Source: Squalus acanthias
Lineage: Eukaryota
NCBI GenBank assembly: GCA_030390025.1
Contig: JASTWF010000121.1
Coordinates: 744,001-808,000 of the forward strand
DNA length: 64,000 bases
Reading direction: 5' to 3'
Part shown: positions 24,379-39,400 of the stretch, in pieces
Numbering within the stretch: the first letter of the stretch is position 1
Layout of the letters: each line of letters starts with the position of its first letter
Position numbers and translations under genes: made by a program
Notes under the pieces: model-generated
The model's database searches: none
What the model was told of the DNA's origin: nothing
Seen by the model: only the letters and a program-made list of their open reading frames with translations

Positions 24379-24430
24379 ATGTTTGGCTCGACGCTCTCAG
24401 CCGTGACTCTGACCCTCTGTGTCGCAGTGG
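24379..24430 (+). CDS. Exon 1, signal peptide [17 protein letters not shown](G)
   Basis: ATG, hydrophobic stretch and phase-1 GTGAGT donor typical of Ig/TCR leader exons; completes as G-LKA|SPVL with exon 2. Confidence 0.8.
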
Positions 24431-27400
24431 GTGAGTAAATGCCCAGAGTGGGGTCACCCAACCTGGGTCTGGATTCACATGATTACATTTTTGAGTTTGA
24501 TTTACTGATTGTGGGCTGGTGGTGTGAGTCGGGTATTTTGCAGTCAGATATTTATGTTTAAGAGTTGAGATATTTTGGGCTTTCTCATGGTTCAATGGGC
24601 AAATACACGGTAAGATGTGACACTGAGCCACACTGCCCAGTTACCCCACTCCTGACTGTTGGGCTGTGGAGATACATAGACTGAGCTGTGCTGCTCTTCA
24701 AGTTCAAGAAGTCATCCAGATCCTATTATCCAGACTCTCTTATGAGGAGCAGTCATTTGGGTGAGGTATCAAAGGCTGGGACCGCCTGTGGAATCATTCT
24801 CCACAGTGGGACACACGACTTCAGGGTGAGGGGAAAAAAGCAAATCACTGTAGAATAAAATGGAGATATGTGCATCGATTCAGCTCTCTGAGAGGAGCCC
24901 TGAAGTCCAGGAGTGGACCTTGCTGAATTGAGAGATTGGGAAGGGGCTTTTGATCATCTTTTCCAGTCGCTGTGTTTTTCTATGGTAAGGGACTGTTAAA
25001 GGCAAGTTGTTCTGGGCCCAGTCTGTGCTGGATACAGTGCAGCACCACAGACTGGGCTCACAGCAGCAACACCCACTGAAGTCTGAGTCAATACAAATGT
25101 TGTTTTCCTCGTTCTGGGTGTTGCTGCTCTTTGTCTAGTTTGTGATGATGTGTTGTATGATTTCCTCCGAATGATCTTCCACTTTGTGGCGATAAACAGA
25201 GTCAATTCAGTTCTCGGGGCTACTGCTATAAATCTGCTGCTACAAACTGCCCTGAATTATCTTCCCCAAAACGCACCAGTCCCCTTTACCGACCATCAGG
25301 AGCCCAATCTGTCTCATGGGAATGGCTAATCCCCCTGACCCATTTTCCCCAAGTACTTACCACCACAATGTAAGTGATGGTACGAGATGCAAGAGGCAGA
25401 TCGAGCATTGAGGAGGCCAATTAATGACCAGATGTTGAAGGTTGGCTTTACTTTGCCTGTGTATTGGTGTCTTTAGTACTTCAATGATTCACCAGGACTT
25501 TTGCTATTAGTTTTACTGATCTCTGCTCACAGTATTACTTTGCATTGGGGACATGGATTTCCCAATGGGAATTCTATTATGGTATCGAGAAGGATATGGA
25601 AAAGGGGCTGGATTGGAGGTGCTCACAGTCAGCGTGACTCTTCCCGACACTCACCAGAGTCTACAAAACAAGAAGGTCACCCTTGGAATTTTCTGACCAT
25701 CAGCTTCGGAAAGCTGTCCATTGAATTCATGGCTCACGGCTCCAGTAAGGCATCTGCAGGCTGGGGGTTGGGTGGGCAGCAGATACAGATACACCACGGC
25801 CCATGTCACTACACAAAGTGTCATCGAGCAACAACAACAACTGGCATTGATGTAGAGCCTTGAAAGTAGCAAATGTCCCAAGATGCTTCACAGAACGTTA
25901 CAAAACAATATCTCACCCTTCTTTAAATCGCTCCTTAAAACCTCCCTCTTTGACCAGATTTGGTCACCTGCCCTAATATCTCCTTATGTGGCTCGGTGTC
26001 AAATATCGTTTTGTAACATTCCTGTGAAGCGCCTTGGGACATTTTACTATGTTAAAGGCGGAGAGGTTTAGGGAGGGAATTCCAGAGCCTGGGGCCTTGG
26101 CAGCTGAAAGCACGGCTACCAGTGGTGGAGCGATTAAAATCGGGGATGTTCAAGAGGCCAGAATTAGAGGAGCGCAGATACCTCGGAGGGTTGTGGGGCA
26201 AGAGGAAATTATAGAAATAGGGAGGGTCGAGGCCATCGAAGGATTTGAAAACAAGGATGAGAATTTTAAAATCGAAGCGTTGCTTAAACCGGAAGCCAAT
26301 GTAGGTCAGTGAGCACAGAGGTGATGGGTGAACGGGACTTGGTGCAAGTTAGGACACGGGGAGCAGAGTTTTGGATGACCTCAAGTTTACGGAGGGTAGA
26401 ATGTGGGATGTCGGCCAGGACTGGGTTGGAATAGTCAAGTCTAGAAGTAACAACGGCATGAGGGTTTCAGCAGTAGATGAGCTAAGACAGGGGCGGAGCA
26501 GACCAGAGGAATTTTCAAGTCCCATTTTAGGTGCTGGATAAATATGGTGGAGACCTACAGTATAACCAAGAATCAATACAGCCGAGTCTCACGAGTCATT
26601 CTAGTTTGCTGTGCTCTGCATTATATTACAATGAGAAAAGGTTTGTGGCTTCAGGAGGCTGAATGAGGGGGTAGAAGAACCTGGCTGTATTTCTTTACTA
26701 GTTGTAGGCCTACTTTACCTTTGAAGCAGAGCAGACAATGTTAAGGACAGGTGAGTGGTGTGGCCAATTCCTCTTATACGAGTACATGCTGAGATGTAGA
26801 GCTGCACTGTCCCTTTAACTGAAGTGTCCATGAGGACTAGCAGTAGCCCTTGTGCAGGCAATGTGAGTTGCCAGAGTGGTTTTGAGTAAAGATGGTGTTT
26901 GATTCGTTGCAGGGGTTGTCCTATGTAGAAGTGAGATCCTCTGCTGCCCAGCTGCTGAGAGGGAAAGTGAATGATCAATAGCAGTGCGTTCACACTGGCG
27001 GGCGGCATTCCCCCCGTGCCACTAATCCCCCAACGGGAGGAGTATTCAGCTCATAGTTTCCCTTTCCCTTGGGTTTCTCTGCTCTTAGCCTGGTGTGTTG
27101 TGCTGTGCTGTCTGATCAATTGAGATGTAGTTTCCATTGTATGGGGTCTTTGCCATGAGCCCAATCGTAGGGTCAGAGACTGAATTAAGGAGAGTCAACA
27201 CGGGTTTGTAAAAGGCAGATCATGTTTGACTAATCTGATTGAATTTTTTGATGAAGTAACAGAGAGGATTGACAAAGGGAATGCAATGGATGTTGTCGAC
27301 ATGGTTTTTAGGAAGGCGTTTGACAAAGTACCACATAGAAGACTGATTAACAACATTGAGGCTCATGGAATAGGTGGGTCAGTGGCAGCTTGGATAAAAG

Positions 27401-30400
27401 CCAGAAAACAGTGAGTTGTGGTAAATGGCTGTTTTTCAGACTGGAGGATGGTAGACAGACAGTGGTGTTCCCCAAGGGTCAGTGCTCGGGCCACTGCTTT
27501 TTTTGATATATATATATATAAATGACCTGGATATACCAGAATGGTTCCAGGGATGGGGGATCTTAGCTACAAGGACAGTTTGGAGAAGCTGGATTTGTTT
27601 TCATTAGAGCAAAGGAGGTTGAGGGGTGATTTGATAGAGGTGTACAAGATGATGACGGGTTTGGATAGGCTAGACGGGGAAAGGCTGTTCCCACTAGTTG
27701 ATTGCACAAGGACTAGGGGACACAGATTTAAGGTTTTGGGCAAGAGATACAGGGGGGACGTGAGGAAAAACTTTTTTACGCAGCGAGTGGTGAGGACCTG
27801 GAACTCGCTGCTGGCAGAAGTGGTGGAAGCGGACACACTCAATGTTTTCAAGGGGAGACTGGATAGGCACTTGAGGGAAATAAACTTGCAGGGCTACAGG
27901 GATAGAGCAGGGGAATAGGACTGACTAGATTGCTCTACAGAGAGCCGGCACGGACTCGATGGGCCGAATGGCCTCCTTCTGTGCCTCTATGACTCTATGA
28001 CTGGACGTGCAGGAGGTAAAAAGGCACTCAGGACTCCTCATCTGATCAGGAGGAGAAGGAGGATGTGGACCCAACGCACTGTGTGCAGATCAACTTGCTG
28101 CCAGTGATGCAAGAGCTGCTCTAATAGGCCATAGGTTCAGTTAGACTGATGTCAGTTGGACCACTCTCGCGCAACCAAACCCCCAGGCCTCCGTAACCCT
28201 TAATCCACTGCTTCCTCCAAGATGTGACCGTTATGACATATCTCCACCTTCCACACTTGTCAAATGAACACCACACTGTGAAGTTGTCCGTCAATCAACA
28301 ACAACAACTTGTATTTATGTAGCACCTTTAACGTAGTAAAACATCCCAAGGTGAATCACAAGAGAATTATAAGACAAAAAATTTGAACCACAGGAATGGT
28401 TTGAATTATAAATGTCTTAATGTGTGCAAGAAATTAAATCATAAAAAACAAAATAAAGCAACGTCTAAGTGTTAACCCCTGGCGATCTCTCCAGCCTTTC
28501 TCTTTCTATTCCTACCCCTTCTATGGAGTGCGACCCCGGTGGCTTCAGCCCACATGGTAACAGGCTTCTGTATATCTTTCTAACTCTCGAGGTGCTCGTG
28601 GTCGAAACGCTCAGGGTATTGGAGCCCAGGAGTGCCCAGCCATGGACTGCTCCTCCCGGACCTGTGTAAGGGCAGTCAAGGCCAGCTGGAGTTGAGGCAC
28701 TCGGTCGGGTATTGGTTGAGGGGGTGGCAATGGATCAGATGGGCAGACGTTCTCAAAGGTTTTCACTTGCCTCCCCCGTTCCACCATCCTCCCTCCCCTG
28801 GGGCAGCGGGACATCAGTCCTACCTGTCTGCAGGAGAGCAGAGTGAAGGAGATCAGTGAACCCTTGGAAGACCCGATCCAGTCTGTCTACCAGCATGTTG
28901 AATCCAGACAGAGGTCCATGCCCAGAGTCTGCACAGTGGCTGTATTAGCCTGTAGACAGGTCACAACGGCTGGTAGCAGTGACCCGTGGGAGCGCCCTGC
29001 TACAATTTCCATGGAGCTCGCCACACACTACCTGGTAGATTGCAGGGTGGAGAAACCCAACGATATCAACCCACATATTGTGGAGTTGGAATCCTCCATT
29101 CTCTCTGCCATTGTGGACAGATTGCCTGGCAGGACTGCAGGATGAAGAGAATGCAGAATGCCAGGGAGAGGGACAGGACCGGAGAAGGGCCGCAGGAAAT
29201 AGTTAAAATAGGAGGCACTGGAGATCAATGGTATCTCAAGCACCATGTGTATCGGAGATGGAGAGGTTGGAGGAGCCTCCAGCATTCTCCTTTTCATTGC
29301 TGGCCCCTGGAGTTGTGCATCTCTGTTCTGCTGAGCAGAGGTTAGAGAGGACAATACCCTCCAGCACAGACTCTCCTCAGCTGTCACTGCCACCACTCTG
29401 CTCTTGTTCATTGTGCAGTGAGTATCACCGAGGGGCTGGTATCTGCACTGGTGCCTGCAATGCATGTGTCCTCTGACGGTACATCCTCCGCAGGTATAAG
29501 GTCCTCTGAGGAATCTTCAACCTCTCTGGGCAGTGGCTCGTGTTCTTCATGTGATGGCCCTGGAGGCGAGAAGAAAGGGATAATATTTGGAGATGGTACT
29601 TTGTAATTGTTGATATGAACATGAATCACTTGATCAGATGTTGCTTTTTGGGAGATGCGGGTGTGAAAGATTAAAGCCATCACCTTGCTCCACCAACCGC
29701 TCCATCTCTGATGCTCATGGTGCTTGAGATGCCACTGATCCCCAGTGCCTCCACTTTCAACTATTTCCTGCGGCCCTCCTCCGGTCCTGGCCCTCTCCCT
29801 GGCATTTCTGCGTTCTCTTCATCCTGCAGACCTGTGAGTGGCATCTGATGGATGCTGTGGATACGGTGAAGGTGAGGATCAGGCAGATGTATAAGGAGTG
29901 GGAATGGCATGCCTTTGAGGAACGTGGTCACGGTGCCACCACAGGATGTGTAATGAGAGTGGGTGGAGGTGAATGAGGTCAGTTGAGATGAGATGGGGAA
30001 TGCAGTTACTGGCAGTGTTGGAGGGAGGAAGCGGGAGGTGAGCATGTGAAGGGAGTGAGGATGAGAGGAGCTGCGTTGAACTGGTCCGCTTGGTGCTGAT
30101 GAAAGTGATGTGGGGGTGAGGAGTGATGTGAATGGAGTAGGATTGACGAGGAGTGAGAGAGGGTGCATTGCAGGATTTGGGTGCAGATAGCCGTCTACTG
30201 ACCTTCCCTGACCTAGTCAGGTCATTGAACCGTTTACGGCTCTGAATCCACGACCTCCTGGTCACACTCCTGCTGCTGACTTCTTCTGCCGCCTCTACCC
30301 ACGCCTTCTGAGCTGTGGCAGCAGGTTTCTCTCTCCTGCTAGTGGGACAGAGCATGTTCCTCCTGACCCTTACAGCACCCAGGAGAACATCGAGGGAAGC

Positions 30401-33400
30401 ATCTGTGAAACGGGGGGCGTAGGGGGCAACCTTCCCTCATTTTGCAGCCTCTCACGGTTCCTCTTCCTCATTCCGCTGTGTAGAAAGCTCCGAGCCTCTT
30501 CCTCCGTTTCCGTGCTGTGCTGGGCCTTGAAATAGGCGCCGGGAAATTGGATCACACGGGTCGGCGTCACATCCACTGACGCACAGAGCAGACACCAAAC
30601 CTGGAATGAAAAAGAGACTCGCATTTATATAGCGCCTTTCACGACCACCGGACGTCTCAAAGCGCTTTACTGGCAACAAAGTACCTTTGAAGTGTAGTCA
30701 CTGTTGTAATGTGGGAAACGCGGCAGCTAATTTGCGCACAGCAAGCTCCCACAAATAGCAATGTGAAAATGACCAGATAATCTGTTTTAGTTATGTTGGT
30801 TGAGGGAGTAATATTGGCCAGGACACCGGGGATAACTCCCCTGCTCTTCTTCGAAATAGTGCCATGGGATCTTTAATGCTCACCTGGGAGAGCAGATGGG
30901 GCCTCGGTTTAACGTCTCATTCAAAAGACAGCATCTCCAACAGTGCAGCACTCCCTCAGCACTGCACTGGAGTGTCAGCCTAGCTTTATCTGCTCAAGTC
31001 CCTGGAGTGGGAATTGAACCCACGACCTTCTGACTCCGAGGCAAGGGTGCTACCCACTGAGCCACAGCTGACACGGCAATATTCAAATGAGGCAATATTC
31101 AAATGAGGCCTGGTCGTTAAAATCAGTCAGGCTTCCTGGTCTCACGATGTTGCGGGACCTTCGCCCGTGACCGCCCCACACGCTCCGTTCCCGTCTCCCC
31201 GTTAATATCGGGGCCTGTGATTCAGGACATGACAGAATCTGAAACAATCAAATCACACTTTTTTGAAAGTCCTTTCAGATACAATCAATCAGAACTTCAT
31301 AACCACAGCACACACTAGATGTAGCAATAGAAAAGAACAGGAGGTGAACCAATCAAACCACTCAAAATACTTTCTCACAACATGTTCCCCTTCGCCCTCT
31401 GGTTACACACAGGTAAACAACACAATTTGAAATGTAATTAACATAAAAATGCAAGAAATATTTGAACCTCCCAATAAAATTGCCCAGCTCCTGACTGAAA
31501 TGCTTCGTGATGTTTTTCTGTCTTGGGCTTAACATCTGGGGTTTAATTTTGTGCTCCCCCTCTAACTGGAGGAAGCTGCTCTGCTCCTGGCCGAGCTTGC
31601 CCTGTTCCTCGCTCGCAGACCTGTTGCTGCTCACCCAGCACCAGCACACCTTTACCCACTTCAGGCCTGCCTCCAACCCATTGTTCCACCCCCTCAACCC
31701 TTCCCTGCTTGTGTCAGCCGTGGCTCAGATCAAGTCCCTCTCCAGAGACTTGAGCACAAAAAGCTAGGCTGACACTGTTGCTCAGTACAGTGCAATGTGA
31801 AAGAGCTAAGCTCAGGATATGGTTAAAACAACTAGGCTACAAATTGGTGATGATAATAAACAATATCCATTCCTAAACGTACAGGAGATTTTATAATAGC
31901 TTCCGTTTCAAGTTATTATGTTTTGTGGTTCCTGATCTGTTCTGATCTTCAGTTATTTACTATTCACAGGTCTAAAGGCAAGTCCGGTTCTTATCCAGTC
32001 CCCAGAGGCTGTGAAGGTGTCCGAGGGTCAAACGGTGCAGTTTCGGTGTGCCTTGGAGAGCAGCAATGTGAATGACCGTGTGGACAAATATGATGTATAT
32101 TGGTACCTCTCAGAAAATAGGAATCGCATAATATTAATTCTTGATGCACATGGCGAGGTTTACCGGTCACACGGCTTCTCTGAGCGGTTTCAGCTTTCCA
32201 GAGATGTTGCCAGTAACAGCTTCACTCTGACCATCAGAGACCTGGAGCGCAGTGACTCCGCTGTTTATCTCTGTGGCATTTGGGGAACAATCTATGGAAA
32301 TGGAACCCGGCTGAATGTAACCAGTAAGTACCTTCTACATTATATTTACTTTATATCTAATAATGTTACTGTACCAGCATCTTGTTTAAATGTTGTACAA
32401 ACTGTTCCTTTTACAGTAACAACACTGAGTTTTAACTACAGAATGGAGGATGAAACCTGGTCCCAACTCAATTTGTTGTTAATTGAACAAATGAGTTTGT
32501 GCACATGGTGGGACAAAATCTCTCTCAGAATTCATGGTGAAATACATGCTGAAGGTAAAGTGCGGCTTAGTAGGAATATCAGAGAGCCTGTAAACCAGGA
32601 CATTGACCGGGATATTCAGGCCTCGATATTAAGCCCCTGCCACTCGCCACCCCCCACGATGTGTGGAAGATGATCGAAGGGGTGGGTGTTAAAGAGTTAA
32701 ATACGGGGAACGTGTCCCCAACATGCCCAGGTCCTCCCGGTAGTGCCCTCTCTCCCACCCCGCCTGATCGCAGCCTCTCTCTATCTCTCTCTCTTTCCCC
32801 CTCCCAATTTCTGGGGACCGTCCCCAAGTGTCCCCGGCTGCAGCCTCCTGCCACTGCTGCTGGCTCCCGTCCACCGACCAGGCTGCCCATGTGTCCGGCT
32901 GCTGGGTGGGAAACGGAACTAAAGAATGTAATGGGGTCTTGCCGTTAATTCAGCAGCACCTCCGCGTTCCGCTGTTGCCGAGTTCTCCGGCCGTGTTCCC
33001 CCTCCCCCGCATATTGTTTTTTTTATTCGTTCATGGGGTGTGGGATGTCGCTGGCAAGGCCAGCATTTTTATTGCCCATCTATAATTGCCCTTGAGAGGC
33101 CAGTTAAGAATCAACCACATTGCTGTGGGTCTGGAGTCTCAAGCCAGACCGGGTAAGGACGGCAGATTTCCTTCCACTAAAGGACATTAGTGAGCCAGAT
33201 GGGTTTTTATGACAGTTTCATGGTCACCATTACTGATACTAGCTTTTTAATTCCAGATTTATTTAATTAACTGTCTCCAGATCATTAATCCAGGCCTCGG
33301 GATTACTAGTCCAGTATCACCATTGAGCTACCTTACCCCATGTTCATCAACCACCATCACTAAAGCAGATTATCTGATCTTATCTCCTTGCTGTTTGTGG

Positions 33401-36400
33401 AGTGCATTGGGATGACCAAAGGTTCTGCAAGGTGCTATATAACCTTTTATATATTTGTCCTTGGGTAGGGCTGGCACTGACAGGGAAATATTTATTGCCC
33501 ATCCTTAGTTGCCGGTTGTATTGAGCCAACAATGTAGTGTGGGACTGGAGTCACGCGAAGGTCAGTACAATTCGAGGTGGCACGTCCATCCCTGAAGGAC
33601 ATTATTGAAGCAGTTGAGATTTTCTGAAAATCCAGCAGCTTTCATGGTCCTGTGTAAAAACATAACATAAGAAATAGGAGCAGGAATAGGCCACTTGGCC
33701 CCTCGAGCCTGCTCCGCCATTCAATAAGATCATGGCTGAACTTGGGCTCAAAGCCACTTCCCAGCCTGCTCCCCATAACCCTTCACTCCCTTATCTTGCA
33801 AAAATTTGTCTGTCTCCATTTTAAATGTATTTAATGACCCAGCCTCCACAGCTCTCTGGAGCAGAGAATTGCACAGATTTATGACCCTCTGAGAGAAGAA
33901 ATTCCTCCTCATCTCAGTTCCAAAAGGATGACCCTTTATTCTGAGACTGTGCCCCCGAGTTCTAGATTTCCCCATGAGGGGAAACATCCTCTCTGCATCT
34001 ACCCTGTCGAGCTCCCTCAGTACCTTATATGTTTCGATAAGATCACCTCTCATTCTTCTAAATTCCAATGAGTATAGGCCCAGCCTGCTCAACCTCTCCT
34101 CATAAGTCAAACCCCTCATCTCTGGAATTAACCTAGTGAATCGTCTCTGAACTGCCTCCAATGCAAGTATATCCCTCCTTAAATAAGGAGAACAAAACTG
34201 TACACAGTACTCAAGGTGTGATCTCACCAATACCTTGTACAGTTGTAGCAGGACTTCCCTGCTTTTATACTCCAACCCCCTTGCAATAAAGGCCAACATT
34301 CCATTTGCCATTTTGATTACTTGCTGTACCTGCATGCTAACTTTTTGTGTTTCATGCACAAGGACCCCCAGGTCCCTCTGAACTGTAGCATTTTGTAATC
34401 TCTCTCCATTTAAATAATAGTTTGCTTTTTTATTTTTCCTGCCAAAGTGGATAACCTCGCACTTTCCCACATTATACTCCATCTGCCAAATGTTTGTCCA
34501 CTCACATAGCCTGTCTATATCCCTTTGCAGGTTCTTTGAGTCCTCTGCACAACTTGCTTTCTCACCCATCTTTGTATCATCCGCAAACTTGGCTACATTA
34601 CACTCGATCCCTTCATCCAAGTCATTAATGTACATTGCAAATAGTTGGGGCTCCAGCACCAATCCTTGTGGCACCCCACTAGTTACCGTTTGCCAACCAG
34701 AAAATGACCCATTTATCCCGACTCTCTGCTTTCTGTTAGTTAGCCAATTCTCTATCCATGCTAATATATTACCCCCAAGTCCATGAGCTCTTTTCTTATG
34801 CAGTAACCTTTTATGTGGCACCTCATCGAATGCCTTCTGGAAATCCAAATACACCACATGCTCACCCTTGTCCACCCTGCTTGTTACATCCTCAAAGAAC
34901 TCCAGCAAATTTGTTAAACATGATTTCCCTTTCCTAAAAACATGCTGACTCTGTTTGACTGCAGTATGTTTTTCTAAATGCCCTGCTACTGCTTCCTTAA
35001 TGAAGGACTCCAGCATTTTCCCAACGACAGATGTTAGGCTAACTGGTCTATAGTTTCCTGCTTTCTGTCTCCCTCCTTTCTTAATTAGGGGTGTTACATT
35101 AGCGGTTTTCCAATCCGCTGGGATCTCTCGAGAGTCCAGCGAATTTTGGTATATTGCAACCAATGCATCCACTATCTCTGCAGCCACTTCTCTTAAGACC
35201 CTGGGATGCAGGACATCTGGTCCAGGGGACTTGTCGTCTTTCAGTCCCATTATTTTACCGAGTACTATTTCCTTAGTGAGAGTGATTGTCTTTAGTTCCC
35301 CACTCCCTGTGGCCCCTTGATTATCCATTATTGGGATGTTGTTAGTGTCTTCTACCGTGAAGACAGATACAAAATATTTGTTCAGAGTCTCTGCCATTTC
35401 CCCAATCCCCATTATTAATTCCCCAGTCTCATCCTCTAAGGGACCAACGTTTACTTTAGCTACCCTCTTCCTTTTTATATACCTGTAGAAGCTCTTACTT
35501 TCTGTTTTAATGTTACTTGCCAGCTTACTCTCATAATTCATCTTCCCTCTCTGTTGTTTTTTTTAATCATCCTTTGCTGGTTTTTAAAAATTTTCCAATG
35601 CTCTGGTCTCCCACCAATCTTGGCAACATTGTATGCATTCATTTTCAATTTGATGCCATCCTTTACTTCCTTAGTTAGCCACGGATGGTGCTCCCTTCTC
35701 TTAAAATCTTTCTCACTGGAATATATTTTTGTTGAGAGTTATGAAATATCTCCTTAAATGTCCGCCACTGCATTTCAACTTTCTTACCCTTTAATTTGTT
35801 TTTCCAGTCCACTTTCGCCAGTTCTGCCCTCATGCCATTATAATTGCCTTCGTTTAAGATCAGGACACTGGTTTGGGATACAACTTTCTCACCCTCCAAC
35901 TGAATTTGAAATTCAACCATGCTATGATCACTCTTTCCCAGAGGATCCTTTACTATGAGATCATTTATTATTTCTGTCTCATTACATAGTACCAGATCCA
36001 AGATAGCCTGCTCCCTGGTTGGTTCCATTACATACTGTTCTAGGAAAACATCCCGGATACACTCTATGAACTCCTCCTCCAGGCTATCATGGCCAATTTG
36101 TTTTGTCCAATCAATATGTAAATTAAAGTCACCCATGATTATTGCCGTACCTTTTTTACAGGCCTCCATTATTTGTTGAATTATACTCTGTCCAACAGCA
36201 TTGCTACTGTTCGGGGGCCTGTAGACTACGCCCACCAGAGACTTTTTTCCCTTATTATTTTTTATCTCCACCCAAACCGATTCTACATCTTGATCTTCTG
36301 AGCCAATATCACTTCTCATCACTGCACTGATCCCATCCTTTACCAACAAAGCCACCCCACCTCCCTTTCCTTTCTGTCTATCCTTCCAAATTATCCTATA

Positions 36401-39400
36401 CCCTGGAATATTCAGTTGCCAGCCCTGGTCGCCTTCCAACCACATCTCTGTAATGGCGATCAGATCATATCCATTTGAATCTATTAGTGTCATCAACTCA
36501 TTTATCTTGTTACGAATGCTGTGTGCATTCAGATATAGAGCTTTTAACTTTGTCTTTTTGCCATTTTTCCTTGTTTTGGCCTTTTTTCTGTTGCACTCTT
36601 ATTTTTAAACATTCTGACCCTTCCTGTCACCCTCTGGTTATTATTTCCCCCATCTCTAGCCTGCTCTATTGCTTTCTCATTTCTCATTGACTTTTTATTT
36701 TCCCGCTCACCTGGATCCTCCCCCCCCCCCACTATTTAATTTAAAGCCCTCTCTACAGCCCTAGTCTGGTAACAGCCCACAAATTACCCAGATTTAACAA
36801 ATTTACTTTCCCAATTTCCCAAGCTGAGATTTGAGCTCTGATTTGGTGGCACCACAACTATTGGACGACCAGAATCGATGCAAGTTCACTCTATTAAAAT
36901 GCCTAAAGTTTACAAAATATACAGGAATAATAAAGCAGCGGGCAAAGTGTCAATAACAGAAGACAGAGGATCAACAGAACAACAACTTGTGTTTCTACAG
37001 AGCTCCGGGAGGAAGATCTCTGTGCTCTGGAATAAGGAGGAAAGGGATATGATTAATATTAAGGATGGACGGAGGGGATGAAATGGAGGAGCGAGTGTCA
37101 CAGGTGCTTTGGGGTAGAATTTCACTTTGTGTGATAGAGTAAAACGAGTGACAGTGAATCAGCAGCACCTTTTACAAATCCTGAATTTGACTTCAATGGA
37201 AATAACAATCAGGTGATTTGTAAATGTGCTGCCGATTCGCTGTCACCCGTTTTACACTATCGCACAAAGTCCAAATCTACCCCTTTGAGTCTCCACTGAA
37301 TTTATACTGAAGTGATTTCCAAAATCAGATAGTGATGATGGCCCTCCTTCGTGAATCCTACACCCACCCAACCCGGGCTCAACTCAGTTTCCCGCTGTAG
37401 ACACAAGCTCATCTCTTGGTCTGAAGAAGTTAAAGTGAGGACTGGAATTAGGCCGAGCCGAGGTCCAGGTCAGTGTGCTCCGAGGTCGGGCTGATCTGTC
37501 TCACACAGGCTGCACAGGTTTCATGCAGTTTCGGAGGCCACCTGAAAATAATGTTTTCACAGTGAATTACAACCCTCCCCAACAAGGTCAGCAGAAGCAT
37601 GACAGCCTCCAGCACCTGTAAAGTGGCCCAACATGCAGTGATTCAGCGGTCTGTACTCAGAATAACAAATCCAAGATGGCAGGTTCGACAGATCAGTCAG
37701 AGTCACAGCCGACACAGGCACAACGTTGGCAGCATTAAAAGCCGCGAGGGGCCACGGGGCAACCGAGCACGAATCAACATCATCTCCCACAGTGAGCCGG
37801 CAGGTGGGTGATGGGAGGGGTAGTGGGCTGGGCAGGATGCGGTGGGTTGGGGTAGTGGGTGATGTGAGGGGTTGTGGTCTGGGCAGGATGTGGTGGGTTG
37901 GGGTAGTGGGTGATGTGAGGTGTTGTGGTCTGGGCAGGATGCGGTGGGTTGGGGTAGTGGGTGATGTGAGGGGTTGTGGTCTGGGCAGGATGTGGTGGGT
38001 TGGGGTAGTGGGTGATGTGTGGGGTTGTGGTCTGGGCAGGATGCGGTGGGTTGGGGTAGTGGGTGATCTGAGGGGTTGTGGTCTGGGCAGGATGCGGTGG
38101 GTTGGGGTAGTGGGTGATGTGAGGGGTTGTGGTCTCCGCAGGATGTGGTGGGTTGGGGTAGTGGGTGATGTGAGGGGTTGTGGTCTGGGCAGGATGTGGT
38201 GGGTTGGGGTAGTGGGTGATGTGAGGGGTTGTGGTCTCCGCAGGATGTGGTGAGTTGGGGTAGTGGGTGATGTGAGGGTTTGTGCTCTCCGCAGGATGGG
38301 GTGGGTTGGGGTAGTGGGTGATGTGAGGTGTTGTGGTTTCCGCAGGAAGTGCTGGTTTTCAGTAGTGGGTGATGTTAGGGGTTGTGGTCTGGGCAGGATG
38401 CGGTGGGTTGGGGTTTATGGGTGATGTGAGGGGTTGTGCTCTGGGCAGGATGCGGTGGGTTGAGGGAGTGGGTGATGTGAGGGGTTGTGGTCTGGGCAGG
38501 ATGTGGTGGGTTGGGGTTTATGGGTGATGTGAGGGGTTGTGGTCTCCGCAGGATGCGGTGGGTTGGGGTAGTGGGCGATGTGAGGGGTTGTGGTCTGGGC
38601 AGGATGTGGTGGGTTGGGGTAGTGGGTGATGTGAGGGGTTGTGGTCTGGGCAGGATGTGGTGGGTTGGGGTAGTGGGTGATGTGAGGGATTGTGGTCTGG
38701 GCAGGATGTGGTGGGTTGGGGTAGTGGGTGATGTGAGGGGTTGTGGTCTGGGCAGGATGTGGTGTGTTGGGGTAGTGGGTGATGTGAGGGGTTGTGGTCT
38801 GGGCAGGATGTGGTGGGTTGGGGTAGTGGGTGATGTGAGGGATTGTGGTCTGGGCAGGATGTGGTGGGTTGGGGTAGTGGGTGATGTGAGGGGTTGTGGT
38901 CTGGGGAGGATGTGGTGGGTTGGGGTAGTGGGTGATGTGAGGGGTTGTGGTCTGGGCAGGATGCGGTGGGTTGGGGTAGTGGGTGATGTGAGGGGTTGTG
39001 GTCTGGGCAGGATGCGGTGGGTTGGGGTAGTGGGTGATGTGAGGGGTTGTGGTCTCCACAGGATGCGGTGGGTCGAGGTTATGATTTTGAGCTGCTCCAG
39101 TCCTAGACACAGTGTTGCCACTGCTGGAATCCCACAAACTGACCGTTTTCCATGTTTTCAATTCTCAATGTAATTACATTTATTAAAGAAACCTCTCCCA
39201 ATATGGGACCTATGTGTGCCCTTAGCTCCTAGCTGGTTCCCACATTCGACACTTCGTAAACCTGACATCATCAAAAACTCTGCTGCCCGTGTCCTAACTC
39301 GCACCAAGTCCCGTTCACCCATCACCCTTTTGCTCGCTGACCTACATTGGTTCCCGGTTAAGCAACGCCTCAATTTTAATATTCTCATCCTTGTTTTCAA

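Noticed and set aside
24802-24840. RSS-like CACAGTG + 23 bp + GGAAAAAAG in intron 1
   Set aside because: Nonamer matches only 5/9, it does not abut a V, D or J coding end, and no partner 12-RSS was seen; other CACAGTG hits (37558, 37788, 39108) lack nonamers
32324-32673. C-terminal extension of the 220-aa ORF
   Set aside because: Read-through past a strong GTAAGT donor into intron and repeat sequence
37726-39173. Long repetitive ORFs on both strands (mucin/extensin-like)
   Set aside because: Products of a 51-bp (multiple of 3) minisatellite; no splice or start context
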